Source of the DNA: Coniocarpon cinnabarinum
Taxonomy: Eukaryota
Direction: 5' to 3'
Assembly (NCBI GenBank): GCA_051942205.1
Contig: JAVECO010000202.1
Span: 1-39,292 of the forward strand
DNA: 39,292 bases
In this document: in pieces, positions 38,103 through 39,292 of the stretch
Numbering within the stretch: position 1 is the stretch's first letter
Layout of the letters: each line of letters opens with the position of its first letter
Translations under genes and position numbers: made by a program
Notes under the pieces: model-generated
Databases searched by the model: none
What the model saw: the letters and a program-made list of their open reading frames with translations, nothing else
What the model was told of the DNA's origin: nothing

Positions 38103-38663
38103 TTGTCGACTTGCACGGGGGAGTAATGGGAGGAATTAGGGACGCATGTCGCATGACTGATGACCATTTGGGTGGCTTTTTATGACTTTACTCGAGGCAG
38201 TCGCGGCTCTTAGGGCTGCGGATGGCAGGAGCGATACCCTCTGGCTTTGTGGGACTAATCTAGCAATGGAGCGATTGGGATGTAGGTACTCAAGGGCTAT
38301 ATAATTGTACACTCACACACGCAGGGAGTTGGGCGGGAGCACACTGTGTTTGCCGAAGGTGACGACAATCACTCCTTTCGTCTTAATGTTAGATGGTAAC
38401 TTAGGCAGCCTGTTGAGCTGCCAGCTTCCGACAGATTCTGTATGGCAAAGACCCTCCCTACTTCCTGGCACAAGCTGTGCTTGGGATTCCGAGTGGACAC
38501 AACTGATGTTCATTGTGCTTACGTTTAGAATTGCCGAGGCTTTGCCAATGCCATGTCCCCAATGTGTTCTCTCTACAGCCTCATCTTTCGTGATAATTCT
38601 GCCAAAGGTTCAAGTAAGCGTTTTGTTTTAGTGGTCTCCACCTTGGCAGCTTGACGACCTCCA

Positions 38664-39218
38664 TCAAGACGGGGCTCCCATCACCATGTCCCTTAGATTT
38701 GCCTCCTTCTTCCGCCCATGCAACAACGCCCTCGCCCTCACCACGCTCCTATGTCCCTTCTTGATGCCATCGAGATCGCTCCACAGCTGCTCCACCGCCT
38801 CCAGGCTCCGATAGCCGACATTGTTCCTGATATCTTCATAACGATCCTTCCATGCCTCGTGGCGTTCGATGACCTCCACCTGGACCCTGGCGGCTTCGTC
38901 TGCGTCCATCACGCCGAGTTTCTCGCCGTCCTCATCCTCGTCGTCGACGGTGACGATGTCATCGGGATAGTGTTCCACGTCGTGTTTCGCCTGAGCGAAC
39001 ATTGCCTCCATGCTCTTCCCTAGCGCCAGTATGCGTTTCTCGAGGGCTTTGTACCGGGAAAACATCGCAGAGGCTTCTTGCTCGGTCACCTCATTGTCCG
39101 GTTTAGCCATGAACTTGGCCTTGTCATCTTCGAAGATTTTGAAATCCTCGCAATATTTAGGATAGACAGCCAGAAGCTCGCGGCGGGAGAGAGGCTCATC
39201 AGCAGTGTTGACGTCCAT
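38664..39218 (-). CDS. Hypothetical acidic, helical protein (184 aa)
   Basis: ATG in CAACATG context, coding-like composition, no recognised domain. Confidence 0.7.
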   Translation of the reverse strand: MDVNTADEPLSRRELLAVYPKYCEDFKIFEDDKAKFMAKPDNEVTEQEASAMFSRYKALEKRILALGKSMEAMFAQAKHDVEHYPDDIVTVDDEDEDGEKLGVMDADEAARVQVEVIERHEAWKDRYEDIRNNVGYRSLEAVEQLWSDLDGIKKGHRSVVRARALLHGRKKEANLRDMVMGAPS

Positions 39219-39292
39219 GTTGCGAGTTTGAGTGGTACTCGAAGATTGTCGTGAAGAAGAAGAAGAAGAGGAGGAGGAGGAGGGGGAGGGGG

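Noticed and set aside
37269..38185. Long overlapping or antisense ORFs (256 aa, 190 aa and others)
   Set aside because: Shadow ORFs of the GC-rich real CDS.

Overview
Gene-dense eukaryotic DNA from a filamentous ascomycete (Pezizomycotina, inferred from short GT-AG introns with CTRAY branch sites and from the gene families). About 14 protein-coding genes can be reconstructed by splicing: an HMG-box protein, urease, a two-TM hypothetical protein, an MFS (DHA1-like) transporter, mitochondrial NADH-cytochrome b5 reductase, a Clr5-domain polyQ protein, a small bHLH, an 80-aa Cys/His-rich protein, a Zn(II)2Cys6 transcription factor, a short/branched-chain acyl-CoA dehydrogenase, a LaeA-type methyltransferase divergent from a hybrid histidine kinase, and two hypothetical proteins. 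No rRNA, tRNA, CRISPR or transposase is supported. The most unusual structure is the last urease intron (3345-3733, minus strand). It consists of two complete spliceosomal introns joined at CAG|GTGAGT with no exon between them. The second unit (319 nt, AT-rich) reads as a nested end-to-end fold-back hairpin closed by a perfect 10-bp inverted repeat. All gene models and pairings were worked out by eye and not computed.
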